Of a DNA stretch of 64,000 nucleotides, positions 1 to 13,500 are shown piece by piece. How positions within the stretch are numbered: the first letter of the stretch is position 1; the number at the start of each line of letters is the position of its first letter. A model generated the notes under the pieces. The model had not been told where the DNA came from and did not search any database. It saw nothing but the letters and a program-made list of their open reading frames with translations. Source of the stretch: Eledone cirrhosa (taxonomy: Eukaryota); assembly GCA_964016885.1 (NCBI GenBank), contig OZ024762.1:15004001-15068000 (forward strand), read 5' to 3'. Made by a program: the position numbers and the translations under genes.

Positions 1-282
1 TACATATAAATGTGTATACATATGTATGTGTCCGTATCTGTGTTTGTATGTATATTAATATATATCTCTATATGCCTGTATCTGTGTGAGTTTATTAATA
101 TATATATACATGTGTATATATATATGTATATGTCCATATCTGTGTGTGTGCTTTAATATATACCTGTATATGTATGTGTCCTTATCATCACCATTAACGT
201 TTAACGTCCGTGATCCACGCTTGCATGGGTTTGGACGGGGGTTTTCCCACTTGAGGCAAGAGTGATTATCTTGCTCGCATAG

Positions 283-955
283 GACTATCTGGCGGTTTTC
301 TACAGCTGGATGCCCTTCCTAACACCAACCACATTTACAGTGTGGGGCTGGGAGGTTTTTACCGTGTTGCCTACACGGCCACATTACAGCGTGGACTGTC
401 TGGCGGGTTTTCTACAGCTGGATGCCCTTCCTAACACCAACCACATTTACAGTGTGGGGCTGGGAGGTTTTTACCGTGTTGCTTACACGGCCCCATTACA
501 GCGTGGACTGTCTGGCGGGTTTTCTACAGCTGGATGCCCTTCCTAACACCAACCACATTTACAGTGTGGGGCTGGGAGGTTTTTACCGTGTTGCCTACAC
601 GGCCACATTACAGCGTGGACTGTCTGGCGGGTTTTCTACAGCTGGATGCCCTTCCTAACACCAACCACATTTACAGTGTGGGGCTGGGAGGTTTTTACCG
701 TGTTGCTTACACGGCCCCATTACAGCGTGGACTGTCTGGCGGGTTTTCTACAGCTGGATGCCCTTCCTAACACCAACCACATTTACAGTGTGGGGCTGGG
801 AGGTTTTTACCGTGTTGCCTACACGGCCACATTACAGCGTGGACTGTCTGGCGGGTTTTCTACAGCTGGATGCCCTTCCTAACACCAACCACATTTACAG
901 TGTGGGGCTGGGAGGTTTTTACCGTGTTGCCTACACGGCCACATTACAGCGTGAA
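283..955. repeat. 112-bp tandem repeat, 6 copies, inside a reversed retroposon tail
   Basis: ORF starts recur every 112 nt; variants run A-B-A-B-A-A. Confidence 0.95.
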
Positions 956-1177
956 CTGTGTGTTTTTTGTCCTTATCTATGTGTGTATTAATATATACCT
1001 GTTTATGTGTCTGTGTGTCCATATCTGTTTGTGTTTATTAATATATATATATGTGTGTGTTTATTAATGTGTGTGTGTGTGTGTGTTTATTAATATATGT
1101 GTGTTTATTAATGTGTGTGTGTGTGTATTATATTTACATCTCTTTTCTCCTCTTTCTAGTGGCAAAGGGTTTTTGAG

Positions 1178-1860
1178 ATGTCAGACCCAAATGACCAACT
1201 CCACCCCACCATACCACCACCACCGCCTCCCCAGTATCTCAACACCGCCGTTGCCGCGGTAACCGCCGCCGGCCTCGTCGGTCCCCCGCCACCGACCGCC
1301 ATTGTCGGCGCCGTCGGCACGTTCAACAGCTACCGTCCGGCCGTCGCTGTCAACGCTGTTGGCGTGGTGGGGGGTGTGGGCGGTGCAGTGATCACTGCGG
1401 GGGGCTACAGGCCGGACTACAACGATGCCTACCGCACCGACTACAGCACGCCGACCAGCTGCCCCCCTCCTCCTGTCATCCCGGTCGGTATCGTGCCGGG
1501 GGGTGGCAGCAATGCCAACAACAGCATGGTCCAGTCTTCGGCAGCGGCAGCAGCAGCAGCCGCTGCTGCTGCTGCTGCTGCCGCCGCCGCGGCCGCTGCC
1601 TCCTCCAACGTCTCCATCTCTGCGCCCTCGTCGGGCAGCAACACTGTCAGCCCTCCCCCGCCCCCGCCGCCACCTCCCAGCGCCACCAGCCCCGCCACCA
1701 CCCTCAGTCCGACCACCATCACCACCAGCACCACCAGCGGCAATAGTAACTCTGGCTACGACACGGCCTACAGCGACAGTGATTACCGTGACGATTATAG
1801 CTACGACGACAGACATGGCTACCGGAAGGACTCGGAGTTCCGAGATAGGGACCGGGACAG
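1178..1860 (+). CDS. RBM5: RBM5/10 coding exon 1 (Pro/Ala/Ser/Thr-rich N-terminus, start of RD region)
   Basis: Acceptor tttctag before 1160, ATG at 1178, donor AG|GTGAGC at 1861. Phase 2 matches the next exon. GC-rich island. Confidence 0.8.
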
Positions 1861-4800
1861 GTGAGCAGGTCTATTTTGTTATGTCTTTCTTTTGTTTTAT
1901 CTATTTCAAATACCACTTTGGAAGAAGAATCAGGATGGAGAGAGAGGTGCTGTACCCCAGCAAGTTTTATGAAAGGTGGGTGAAAGTGACGAGAATGGCC
2001 CCAGTGAATGGGCCTTCTCTCTATATCAGCCTGTAGGTTGAGGAAAAGGAGGAGGAGAGGAAAGGAGTACAAACTCTTCGTACTCTTAGAGATGAGGGTT
2101 GCACATTTTTTTCGGGGGTATGTGTTACCAATATAAACTGTCTCCCCCTATTGGGGAAAATCGACTAACTTTTTAAATTGCATTTGTGATAACATTTTAC
2201 ATGTTATTGTTGTATGTAAACTTCCCCCTTTGTATTTGTCCCCTTCTTTTGTGCCCCTGTGGCTAATAAAGAAACATATCTATTTGTTTAGTCAATAGAA
2301 AGGGACAGTGCCCATCACTTTGACTTTCATAGTGAAGCTGTGCAGCCTAGTCATTAAGAGTTTTGGACTGATGATGTTAGTGAAGCTATGGGGCCCAGTT
2401 ATTAGGAGTGTTGAACTGGTGATAATAGGGAAGCTGTGGGGCCCAGTTATTAGGGGTGTTGAACTGCTGATAATAGGGAAGCTGTGAGGCCCAGTTATTA
2501 GGGGTGTTGAACTGCTGATAATAGGGAAGCTGTGGGGCCCAGTTATTAGGGGTGTTGAACTGCTGATAATAGGGAAGCTGTAGGGCTCAGTTATTAGGAG
2601 TGTTGAACTGGTGATAATAGGAAGCTGTGAGGCCCAGTTATTAGGGGTGTTGAGCTGCTGATAATAGGGAAGCTGAGGCCCAGTTATTAGGGGTGTTGAA
2701 CTGGTGATAATAGGGAAGCTGTGAGGCCCAGTTATTAGGGGTGTTGAACTGGTGATAATAGGGAAGCTGTGGGGCCCAGTTATTAGGGGTGTTGAACTGG
2801 TGATAATAGGGAAGCTGTAGGGCTCAGTTATTAGGGGTGTTGAACTGCTGATAATAGGGAAGCTGTGAGGCCCAGTTATTAGGGGTGTTGAACTGGTGAT
2901 AATAGGGAAGCTGTAGGGCTCAGTTATTAGGGGTGTTGAACTGCTGATAATAGGGAAGCTGTAGGGCTCAGTTATTAGGGGTGTTGAACTGGTGATAATA
3001 GGGAAGCTGTGGGGCTCAGTTATTAGGGGTGTTGAACTGGTGATAATAGGGAAGCTGTGAGGCCCAGTTATTAGGGGTGTTGAACTGCTGATAATAGGGA
3101 AGCTGTGGGGCCCAGTTATTAGGAGTGTTGAACTGGTGATAATAGGGAAGCTGTAGGGCTCAGTTATTAGGGGTGTTGAACTGCTGATAATAGGGAAGCT
3201 GTGAGGCCCAGTTATTAGGGGTGTTGAACTGCTGATAATAGGGAAGCTGTGAGGCCCAGTTATTAGGGGTGTTGAACTGGTGATAATAGGGAAGCTGTGA
3301 GGCCCAGTTATTAGGGGTGTTGAACTGCTGATAATAGGGAAGCTGTGAGGCCCAGTTATTAGGGGTGTTGAACTGGTGATAATAGGAAGCTGTGAGGCCC
3401 AGTTATTAGGAGTGTTGAACTGGTGATAATAGGAAGCTGTGAGGCCCAGTTATTAGGAGTGTTGAACTGCTGATAATAGGGAAGCTGTGAGGCCCAGTTA
3501 TTAGGGGTGTTGAACTGCTGATAATAGGGAAGCTGTGAGGCCCAGTTATTAGGGGTGTTGAACTGCTGATAATAGGGAAGCTGTGAGGCCCAGTTATTAG
3601 GGGTGTTGAACTGCTGATAATAGGGAAGCTGTGAGGCCCAGTTATTAGGGGTGTTGAACTGCTGATAATAGGGAAGCTGTGAGGCCCAGTTATTAGGAGT
3701 GTTGAACTGGTGATAATAGGAAGCTGTGAGGCCCAGTTATTAGGAGTGTTGAACTGGTGATAATAGGGAAGCTGTAGGGCTCAGTTATTAGGGGTGTTGA
3801 ACTGCTGATAATAGGGAAGCTGTGAGTCCCAGTTATTAGGGGTGTTGAACTGCTGATAATAGGGAAGCTGTGAGGCCCAGTTATTAGGGGTGTTGAACTG
3901 CTGATAATAGGGAAGCTGTGAGGCCCAGTTATTAGGGGTGTTGAACTGCTGATAATAGGGAAGCTGTGAGGCCCAGTTATTAGGGGTGTTGAACTGCTGA
4001 TAATAGGGAAGCTGTGAGGCCCAGTTATTAGGGGTGTTGAACTGCTGATAATAGGGAAGCTGTAGGGCTCAGTTATTAGGGGTGTTGAACTGCTGATAAT
4101 AGGGAAGCTGTAGGGCTCAGTTATTAAGGGGTGTTGAACTGCTGATAATAGGGAAGCTGTGGGGCTCAGTTATTAAGGGGTGTTGAACTGCTGATAATAG
4201 GGAAGCTGTGAGGCCCAGTTATTAGGGGTGTTGAACTGGTGATAATAGGGAAGCTGTGGGGCCCAGTTATTAAGGGTGTTGAACTGGTGATAATAGGGAA
4301 GCTGTGGGGCCCAGTTATTAGGGGTGTTGAACTGGTGATAATAGGGAAGCTGTGGGGCCCAGTTATTAAGGGTGTTGAACTGGTGATAATAGGGAAGCTG
4401 TGGGGGCAAGTTATTAAGGGTGTTGAACTGGTGATAATAGGGAAGCTGTGGGGCCCAGTTATTAAAGGTGTTGAACTGGTGATAATAGGGAAGCTGTGGG
4501 GCCCAGTTATTAAGGGTGTTGAACTGGTGATAATAGGAAGCTGTGAGGCCCAGTTATTAGGGGTGTTGAACTGGTGATAATAGGAAGCTGTGAGGCCCAG
4601 TTATTAGGGGTGTTGAACTGGTGTAATAGGGAAGCTGTGGGGCCCAGTTATTAGGGGTGTTGAACTGGTGATAATAGGGAAGCTGTGAGGCCCAGTTATT
4701 TGGGGTGTTGAGCTGGTGATAATAGGGAAGCTGCGTGGCCCAGTAATTAGGGGTGTTGAACTGGTAATCATAAAGCTGTGCTGCCTAGTTACATGGACCA

Positions 4801-7548
4801 CACAGCATTTGGTATTTTATCTCATATTGGCTCTAGTCACACTCTACTGAAAGAAAAATGAATACCTGCAGCTCTAGGTTAAAGTGAACATATTTATCTA
4901 AAAATCTTCCATCTTAATTTTATATCAAAAACCTTTGTCAAATTATGTTCCAGACACCAATCTTAATAAAGAGAAAGTTATATTATTATTTCCTCAAAAT
5001 TCTTAATTTTCATAATTATTTGTAATGTATTTAATTAGAAATATGTCAATGAAAGAGTTATGTAAAAAGCTTCCATAATTTTACATAAGAACATTTGTTA
5101 ACCCTTTAACAGATAAACTGGCCATACCAGCCAGAATTCTCTTACCTCTTTCTGTTCAAACTAGCCATAACTGGCTGATTATACTTATGTTAATGGTATG
5201 GTTTTCAAAATAAATAATATCAAAGTCTTGTTGCTTCGATATTATGTGAGGTAAAGCCTTTACTGTGAAAATACAATAGTATATATAGAGTAATGTAAAT
5301 GTTAAAGGGTTAAATTATGTTCCAAATACCAACACAATAATAATGAGAAAGTTATATTACTAATTCATCCAACAAGTTGATTACCGTATTTCCCGGTGCC
5401 GAAGACGTTTTGTCCTCCAGGACTCACCCTAATTTTTACAACCAAAAATTAAAAAAAATAATAATAAACAACCATCGGGCTCCAGACCACATGGTAGATT
5501 TTTGAGACTTATTTTAGGAAAGAAATAGTGTCTTTAACGCTGGGAAATACGGCAGTTTCAATATTATTTGTAAATGATAGGCAGGGTCTTTTAATATAAT
5601 ACTATATGGTAAGGAAATGTTTAATATTTCTGTATATTATAGATGTGCTTGTTTCTATTTGGTAGATCTCATCGGCCTGACAGGAGGGTGCATGACCGAC
5701 GCAGGGGTCGTGTAGTGGACCGATCTCAAAGGGATCGAGACCATGATAGGGACCGTGATCGCGACAGAGGCTTCGACCGAGACAGAGACCGCAGTAGAAG
5801 TCGTGATGGACGAGACAGAAAAGAACGAACTTCTCGAGAACGTGGCGACCGATATGAAGAAGGCTTTGATTGTGATGTAAGGTTCTGCTTATAAATTCTT
5901 TTATTCTTTTTCTGGATTTCAGTACAAGAATAAAGACCCCACACAATCTCCCACTGTCCACCCCCACCCACTCCATTGGCATCCTGTTGTAAGAAATGGT
6001 AACCCACAAGTCCACCCCCGAAATATCGGCATTCAATCTTTTGTTAATATGTATATCCTACTATTTAGAATAGATACACTGTATCCTTGCATGTCTTAGT
6101 TAACAGAGACAAACTTCTAAGTATTTAAATATATTGAGAGTTAAAGAAAATAATGTTTTTTTTCATTTATTAGAAATAGGAGCTTTTACCATGTTTTGAT
6201 TAAAGGAATTAGTTTGATAATGGGGTTTAAAACCCTCTAAAATGGAAAAAGATGAGTATTGAAGTCAATACTCATCCTTTTCCATTTTTTAGGGTTTTAA
6301 ATCCCATTATCGGACTAATTCCTTTAGTCAAAACATGGTAAAAGCTCCTATTTCTACTAAATTTCAAACTTCGCTAACTGTCTTCAAAACAAAGGAATGT
6401 TTTTCATGTTTTTGCTCATATTTTATGATACTAAATTGTTTCTATGGCTCGATGCCCTTTCTAACATCAACCACTTGGGCTTAGGGAAGGTCTGGTGACC
6501 ACGTCTAGCTCCTACAGATCTGTATTTTTGCTTGGTTTCTATGGCTCGATGCCCTTCCTAACAACAACCACTATTGGGCTTAGGGAAGGTCAGGTGACCA
6601 CGTCTAGCTCCTACAGATCTGTATTTTTGCTTGGTTTCTATGGCTCGATGCCCTTCCTAACAACAACCACTATTGGGCTTAGGGAAGGTCAGGTGACCAC
6701 GTCTAGCTCCTACAGATCTGTATTTTGGCTTGGTTTCTATGGCTCGATGCCCTTCCTAACAACAACCACTATTGGGCTTAGGGAAGGTCAGGTGACCACG
6801 TCTAGCTCCTACAGATCTGTATTTTTGCTTGGTTTCTATGGCTCGATGCCCTTCCTAACAACAACCACTATTGGGCTTAGGGAAGGTCAGGTGACCACGT
6901 CTAGCTCCTACAGATCTGTATTTTGGCTTGGTTTCTATGGCTCGATGCCCTTCCTAACAACAACCACTATTGGGCTTAGGGAAGGTCAGGTGACCACGTC
7001 TAGCTCCTACAGATCTGTATTTTGGCTTGGTTTCTATGGCTGGTTGCCCTTCCTAACAACAACCACTATTGGGCTTAGGGGTCAGGTGACCACGTCTAGC
7101 TCCTACAGATCTGTATTTTGGCTTGGTTTCTATGGCTGGTTGCCCTTCCTAACACCAATCACTATTCGGCATAGAGAACTAGTGTCAAAAATATTCTAAT
7201 GTTATTCAGGGATGGCAGCAAAGAAAAAGTCAGGTAGGCCACCCAGCTATAAAAAAACATTGTAAACATCCCATCCATCCCATACCAACATGGAAAAATG
7301 AATGTAAAAACGATGATGATGATGCACCGTCTTATCCACCATAATGCTGTTATCCTTTTTTTTGTTTTGTTTTTGGGTTTTGCTTACAGAGCTCTAGTCG
7401 TGACAGCGGTGAAAGTTTCAGGGACCAGGAGAGTGGCCGAGACAGTCGTGAAGACCGAGCTGGAGAACGATGGATGACTGATACACCAACATACACCATA
7501 CTTCTTAGAGGTCTTCCAAACCAGATTGACGAAAAGGATGTAAGTTGA

Positions 7549-7583
<35 letters not shown>

Positions 7584-10500
7584 CTTGTGTATATATACAT
7601 TTCACACACACACACACACACACAGTTTGTGACAAAAGACATGATAGCCTCCCTAGTGCTGGTGATCTACACAATAAAAGCACCCAGGACCCTTGAGTTT
7701 GTGACAAAAGACAGAACTACTCATCTGCACTCGATAGAATATATGACCATACATAACGAGATGAAGACCCCTTGGCCAGCCTGTCCGGGGAGGTCAGTAA
7801 CCCCACTTCAGTACTGACTTGATCTATGTAGACCCATCCAACCCTTGGTAGCAAGGAAAGTGGACATTATACGATGATATATATCGGAAAAGAGTCAGGA
7901 CCGCGTCTGCTGAGCTCCGGTCGTTTCAACAGCTAGATCCGAACCTAGCTGTCAAAACAGCCGGATCTCAGCCGTCAGGGTCCTGACTCTTTTCATATTA
8001 CCCACTCTGCTACCCTAAGTATTGAGTACTCTGGTGCATTATGGTCCACCTGGTTTCTTACCACACCCTCTTTGTTGTGTGTGTGTATATATATATATAT
8101 ATAAGCACTCACTGTAAATGAGGTTGGTGTTAGGAACGGCATCCAGCTGTAGAAATGAAGCCAGAATCAGTTCTCGTACGAGCAAGGCATGGTCAGCCGA
8201 CCAGCTACTGCCCACAACAGGGCAACCCGTCAAACCCATACCAGCGTGGAAGAACAGATGTAAAATGGTGATGATGATGATGATAAAATATGACAAAAGA
8301 CTTGTGTTTCTGAAAATGTATGCTTAATCTACCTTGTATTAAAGTGTGTGAGTGTGTATATATATTTATGTAAGTTGGCCTATTTCTCTCTTTCTCTCTG
8401 CTTTTGTATGTCATACACACACATATCTATATTTTACGAGGATTATGTGACTCCCCTCCCTCAAAAATCAATGGTAAAAAGGTAGGGAGTTAGTCAGCTT
8501 ATATACACCATCTAAACATAATCTGTTGATTAGCTGCCTCGGCTTATAAATGGGGGTTGGATTTTTGCCCATTTCTCAGACATAAAATAAAGGGGAGTTG
8601 GGTTGGCTTCTATTCGAGTATACACAGTAGTTTACATATTAGTTTTTGTATACATTATATTGTAGATTTTAACAGAACTTATGATCATTGGTCTCAGTGT
8701 GAAAGATGTCCGATTAATGAGGAAAAGTTCCGGTGAGTGTTTTATTATATATATATATGTTTGGCTTTTTTTTTTTATTTTTTTTTTTTTTTTTTTTTTT
8801 TTTTTGTTGATGAATTTATATATAAATCTACTCACTGAGGGCATTCTGGGAATATTGAAATACACATATATATATTACATACATATATATATATGTATTT
8901 ATTTATTTATATATATATATATATGTGTGTGTGTGTATATCTATGACTTTGTCATGTATATACATACATAATATATATGTGTGTATGTGTGTGTCTATCT
9001 GTATATGTGAAATTGATGGTGTTTTATTATTACTTTTTTGTTTTTTTGGGGAGGTTTCTTTTTTTGTTGTTTTTTTTTTCCCAAATAATATTGGCTTTAT
9101 TTTACCAGGGTCTATTTTTGTAATATCTGAAGATAATCTTTGATTTATTTTTTGGAAAATGTCTTGGATATGTGATGATAATAATAACCTAACCAATTTC
9201 CTTTTCATCCACAGCCATTTTTCTTTCGATATCTTGTATAACAGCAATCTGTATTAAATCTTAATGCCCTCTATCACATGAAACCACATTATCCCTTTAG
9301 CATTTAAACCAGCTGTATCCAGCCAGAATTCTCTCACCTCTTTCTGTTCAAACCAGCCATAACTGGCTGCTCATACCGACGTTAAGGTATTGTTCTCAAA
9401 ATAAATGATATCAAAATCTCGTAGATTCGATATTATGTGAGATAATTATGTAAGATAAAGCCTTTACCACAAAAATATAATAGTATACATAGAGTAATGT
9501 AAATGCTAAAGGGTTAACTGTACCGAATTTCACGCACCAGGCATGGGTCGACTTGAAGCTATAGTAAATTACACTTGCCCAAGATGCCATGCAGTGGAAT
9601 TGAACCCTGGACCTCATGATTGAGAAGCAAACTTCTTAACCATCCAGCCATGTTTGATCTTCACACCTTTGCCACAAGTAGTTTTATCCGTTTAGCATTT
9701 AAACTGGCCATATCTGGCCAGAATTCTCTCACCTCTTTCTATTCAAACCGGCTGTAACTGGCCGCTCATACTGACGTTAAGGTTTTGTTCTCAAAATAAA
9801 TAACATCAAAATCTCATAGATTCCATATTATGTGGCCTTCACTACAAAAATACAATAGTAAATATAGAATAATGTAAATGCTAAAGAATTAACAAAACAT
9901 CCTTGAAAAGTACAAAACACCACTATGACTGCATCTCATTAAAAAAATTAGACCCTTTGATGGTTATATTTCTAAAACATTTGATACCAACTTGGCCACC
10001 AAAACTGGCTCTGGTTCTATGAAAGAAAATCTCCCAGCTAAACTGACATAGGAATGAGCTGTAACAACAACAACACTTCTACTACAAAATAAATATCTAT
10101 TCTAAACTCATGTGAATTACTTGCTCTCTCTTGCTTCTTGGTCAGATTTTCTATTTTTAAAAATGGATTTTTATGACTATAAAGTGTTTGGTGATCAAAC
10201 TGAGACAACATATGGTAGAAAGGACTCCTTAGTCTCAGCTGCAGAAACCTTGCCCACCAAAGGATGGGAGGACCCTGAGTTGTGTCAAAGACTTGACAAC
10301 CTTCCCTGTGCACTCGGTAGAATGTGAGACCGTACATAAGTGTGACAACAGATCCATGGCTTGTGTGGGAGGTCAGCAGCTCCACTTTAGTACTGACTTG
10401 TCCAACCCTTGCTAGCAGGGAAGGTGGACGTTAAAACGATGATGATGATGATGATGAATCTTCCCATAGGCCCCCTACTACAATTACACACCCACTGCCA

Positions 10501-13500
10501 GATTGTTTTATGGCAAGTATAACAATCAAAAGACAGGCATTTTTATACTTTAGGGAAGGACAAATGCTTCATAGTGTGTTTTGTGTGCAATAAAGTACTT
10601 GCAATTTTGAACTTGGCTCACAGACTAATCCTACCTTTGGGAATCACTGCAGTTCGCGAGCTTCCCAGGTTGGGAATCACTGAAGTTAACAGGCTCCCTA
10701 GGCTATGAATCACTGCAGTTCACGGGCTTCCCAGGTTGGGAATCACTGAAGTTAACAGGCTCCCTAGGCTGGGAATCACTGCAGTTTGCGGGCTTCCTAG
10801 TCTGGGAACTACTGTAGTTCACGGTCTCCCTAGGCTGGGAATCACTGCAGTTTACGGGCTTCTTAGGCTGGGAATTGCTGGGGCTCAGAGACCCCCTCCT
10901 AGGGTGAGGGAATCACTGCTTTAAAGACATGAGGAAATGGAGGTGGGTGTAGGGACAGCGTTAGATTTTCACCTTCTTCCCAATTGACTGGATCGTCTTT
11001 TATTTCCAGTCAGTCAGATTTTTTTTTTACCAGAAATAACCAAAAATATTTAGTTTCAGCTCATCTCCATCAGTTTCTTATGGTAAGTAAATAGCAAGTT
11101 TGATGAATGACTCTTGAATCTACTAATCCTACTTTAATGATGTATTATTATTGTTGTCATTGTTGTTGTCTTTATTAGGGCGGTGGGTTGCTGGAATCGG
11201 TAGAGCGTTGGCAAAAATGCTTCGCAGTATTTTTTTCGGCTCTTTACATTCCGAGTTCAAATTCCGCCAAGGTCAACTTTGCCTTTCATCCTTCAAGGTC
11301 GATAAAATAAAGTACCAGTCAAGTACTGGGGTCAATTTAATTGACTTTCTCCTTCCCTTCAAATTGCTGGCCTTGTGCCTAAAGTAGAAACAATTATTAT
11401 TATCTGCATTATCCTTTTTCTTAAATCTTAGTTTTAGATGTGTGTAATTTCAGTAAGAAGGAGTTCATTGTAATATAAGTTCATATGAAGTATGTAAGAT
11501 ATACATGATTTCTTTTAATGGAAAAGGGATATTAAAAGGGTAGGCTATCTGTAATTGATCTTGTAGTTTAAAATGTTGGTATTTGATCCTGTAGTTTAAA
11601 ATGTTGGTATTTGATCCTGTAGTTTAAAAGTGTTGGTATTTGTTCCTGTAGTTTAAACTGTCATTATTTGATCCTCCAGGTTAATCCTGCCGAGGTTAAC
11701 TTTGCCTTTCATCCTTACGGGGTCGATAAAATAAAGTACCAGTAATGTACTGGGTAATTGCTGGCCTTGTGCCAATAGTAGAAACAATTATTTGATCCTC
11801 CAGTTTAAAATGTCAGTATTTGATTCTGTAGTTAAAAATGTCAGTATTTGATTCTGTAGTTAAAAATGTTGGCATTTGATCCTCCAGTTTAAAATGTCAG
11901 TATTTGATCCTCTAATTTAAAATTTCAGTATTTGATCCTCTAGTTAAAAATGTCAGTATTTGATCCTGTAGTTAAAAGTGTTGGTATTTGATCCTCCAGT
12001 TTAAAATGTCAGTAATTGATCCTGTAGTTTAAATGATTTATTGTCAGTTTAAAATATCTATATTTGATCCTGTAGTTAAAATGATTTATTGTCAGTTTAA
12101 AATGTCAATATTTGATCTTGTTCAAAATGATTTATTGTTAGTTTAAAATGTCTGTATTTGATCCTCTAGTTAAAATGATTTATTGTCAGTTTAAAATGTT
12201 GCTTTTTGATCTATTAGTTTAAAATGTCAGTATTTATTCAACAGTTAAAACTGTTGATGTGTCTGTTAATTATACAGAAACCTATTGAATGTGGGTCTTT
12301 TTATATCTATGAATGAATGGTTAGAGAGGTGGCACTACTCGAACAGTAGTTTATGAAAGAACATTGAGTTTGATAACTGCATTGAGCTCTTTGCTGCAAA
12401 CAGTTATTTTATTAGTGCCAGTCAGGTAGAGCCACTACTTCTCTAAATTGAGAGATCGCAGCTCTGATACTATGGGCATGTGATTAGAATGTCTCAGGAA
12501 AGAATCACTGGACAGATTTTGCTGGCAAAACCAACCAGCAAGAGACCCAGGGGTAGACCCTGAGCAAGATGGTTGGCTAACATCCATGAGCTTGGCTGGT
12601 CTGGCTTGGGGATCCAGCCAGATCAGTTGGAGACAGTTGCAAAGAAGAAAATTGAATGTCTCTCTCTCTGTCTCTTTCTAAAAAAATATAAATGACCCCG
12701 TCGTTATTTTATTGATCACTTCATCACCACATTTCTATTGAAAGACACTGCCTATAATTTTCAAGTAACTAAGACTTTGGAAAAACATAGCAAAATAGCT
12801 TTCTCGTTAAGCTGGTATTTGGAACATAATTTAACAAAGGTTCATGTATTGATGGAAGGTTTTTTTCATAAATGTAGTAAACATTTAAAAATATACTGTT
12901 TAGTATTGTGAAGGACCAGGTGCAGATTGAAGCTGTTTAGTAGGAGTTAAAAGATTTAAACCTCTGTTATGTCTTGTGTGTGTATTCTTGTTTAGGGTTG
13001 TTTTTCTTTTCTTTTTTTTTAGAGGGATGGGGGTGGGGGGGGTTATAGCAAAACCAGTTCGTCTAAAATTGTTCTTCACAAAATATTTTTTTTAACCAGT
13101 TTTTAAATAATTTTTTTTTTTTTTCTAAGAAGCCATATTCTATTTGTACATTTTTACATAAATTTTTTTTAAATCTGAGAAAAAAAAAATTGAGAATAAA
13201 TAAAAAATTTTTTTTATTTGTTTTATATTTTTTCTTTTCTTTTTGTGAAGGTGCATAGCCTAGTGGTAAGGGTGTTGGGCTTACGATCTTACCTATCGTG
13301 GGTTCAATTCTTAGACCAGGTGGCACATTGTGTTCCTAAGCAAAACACTTTTCACTTCACGCTGCTCCAGTCCACTCAGCTGCTGGTGCTGTTACTGAGG
13401 GTTAACTCCTGTGGTAGACTAGCGTCCTATCCAGGAGAGGGGGAGTCTTGTACTCTCAGTCACATAATAACGCCAATGAAATAATGAAACCGGGATAAAT

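Noticed and set aside
310-1067. Series of 78-aa ORFs
   Set aside because: Translations of the 112-bp tandem repeat; no coding signal.
1181-2072. Antisense and alternative-frame ORFs over exon 1
   Set aside because: By-products of a GC-rich, stop-poor exon.
2330-4790. Interstitial telomere
   Set aside because: TTAGGG occurs once per 48-bp unit, not as tandem hexamers.
6495-7199. 234-aa repetitive ORF (also those at 36342-36973 and 37221-38081)
   Set aside because: Repeat units with lengths divisible by three inside introns, derived from transposon fragments.
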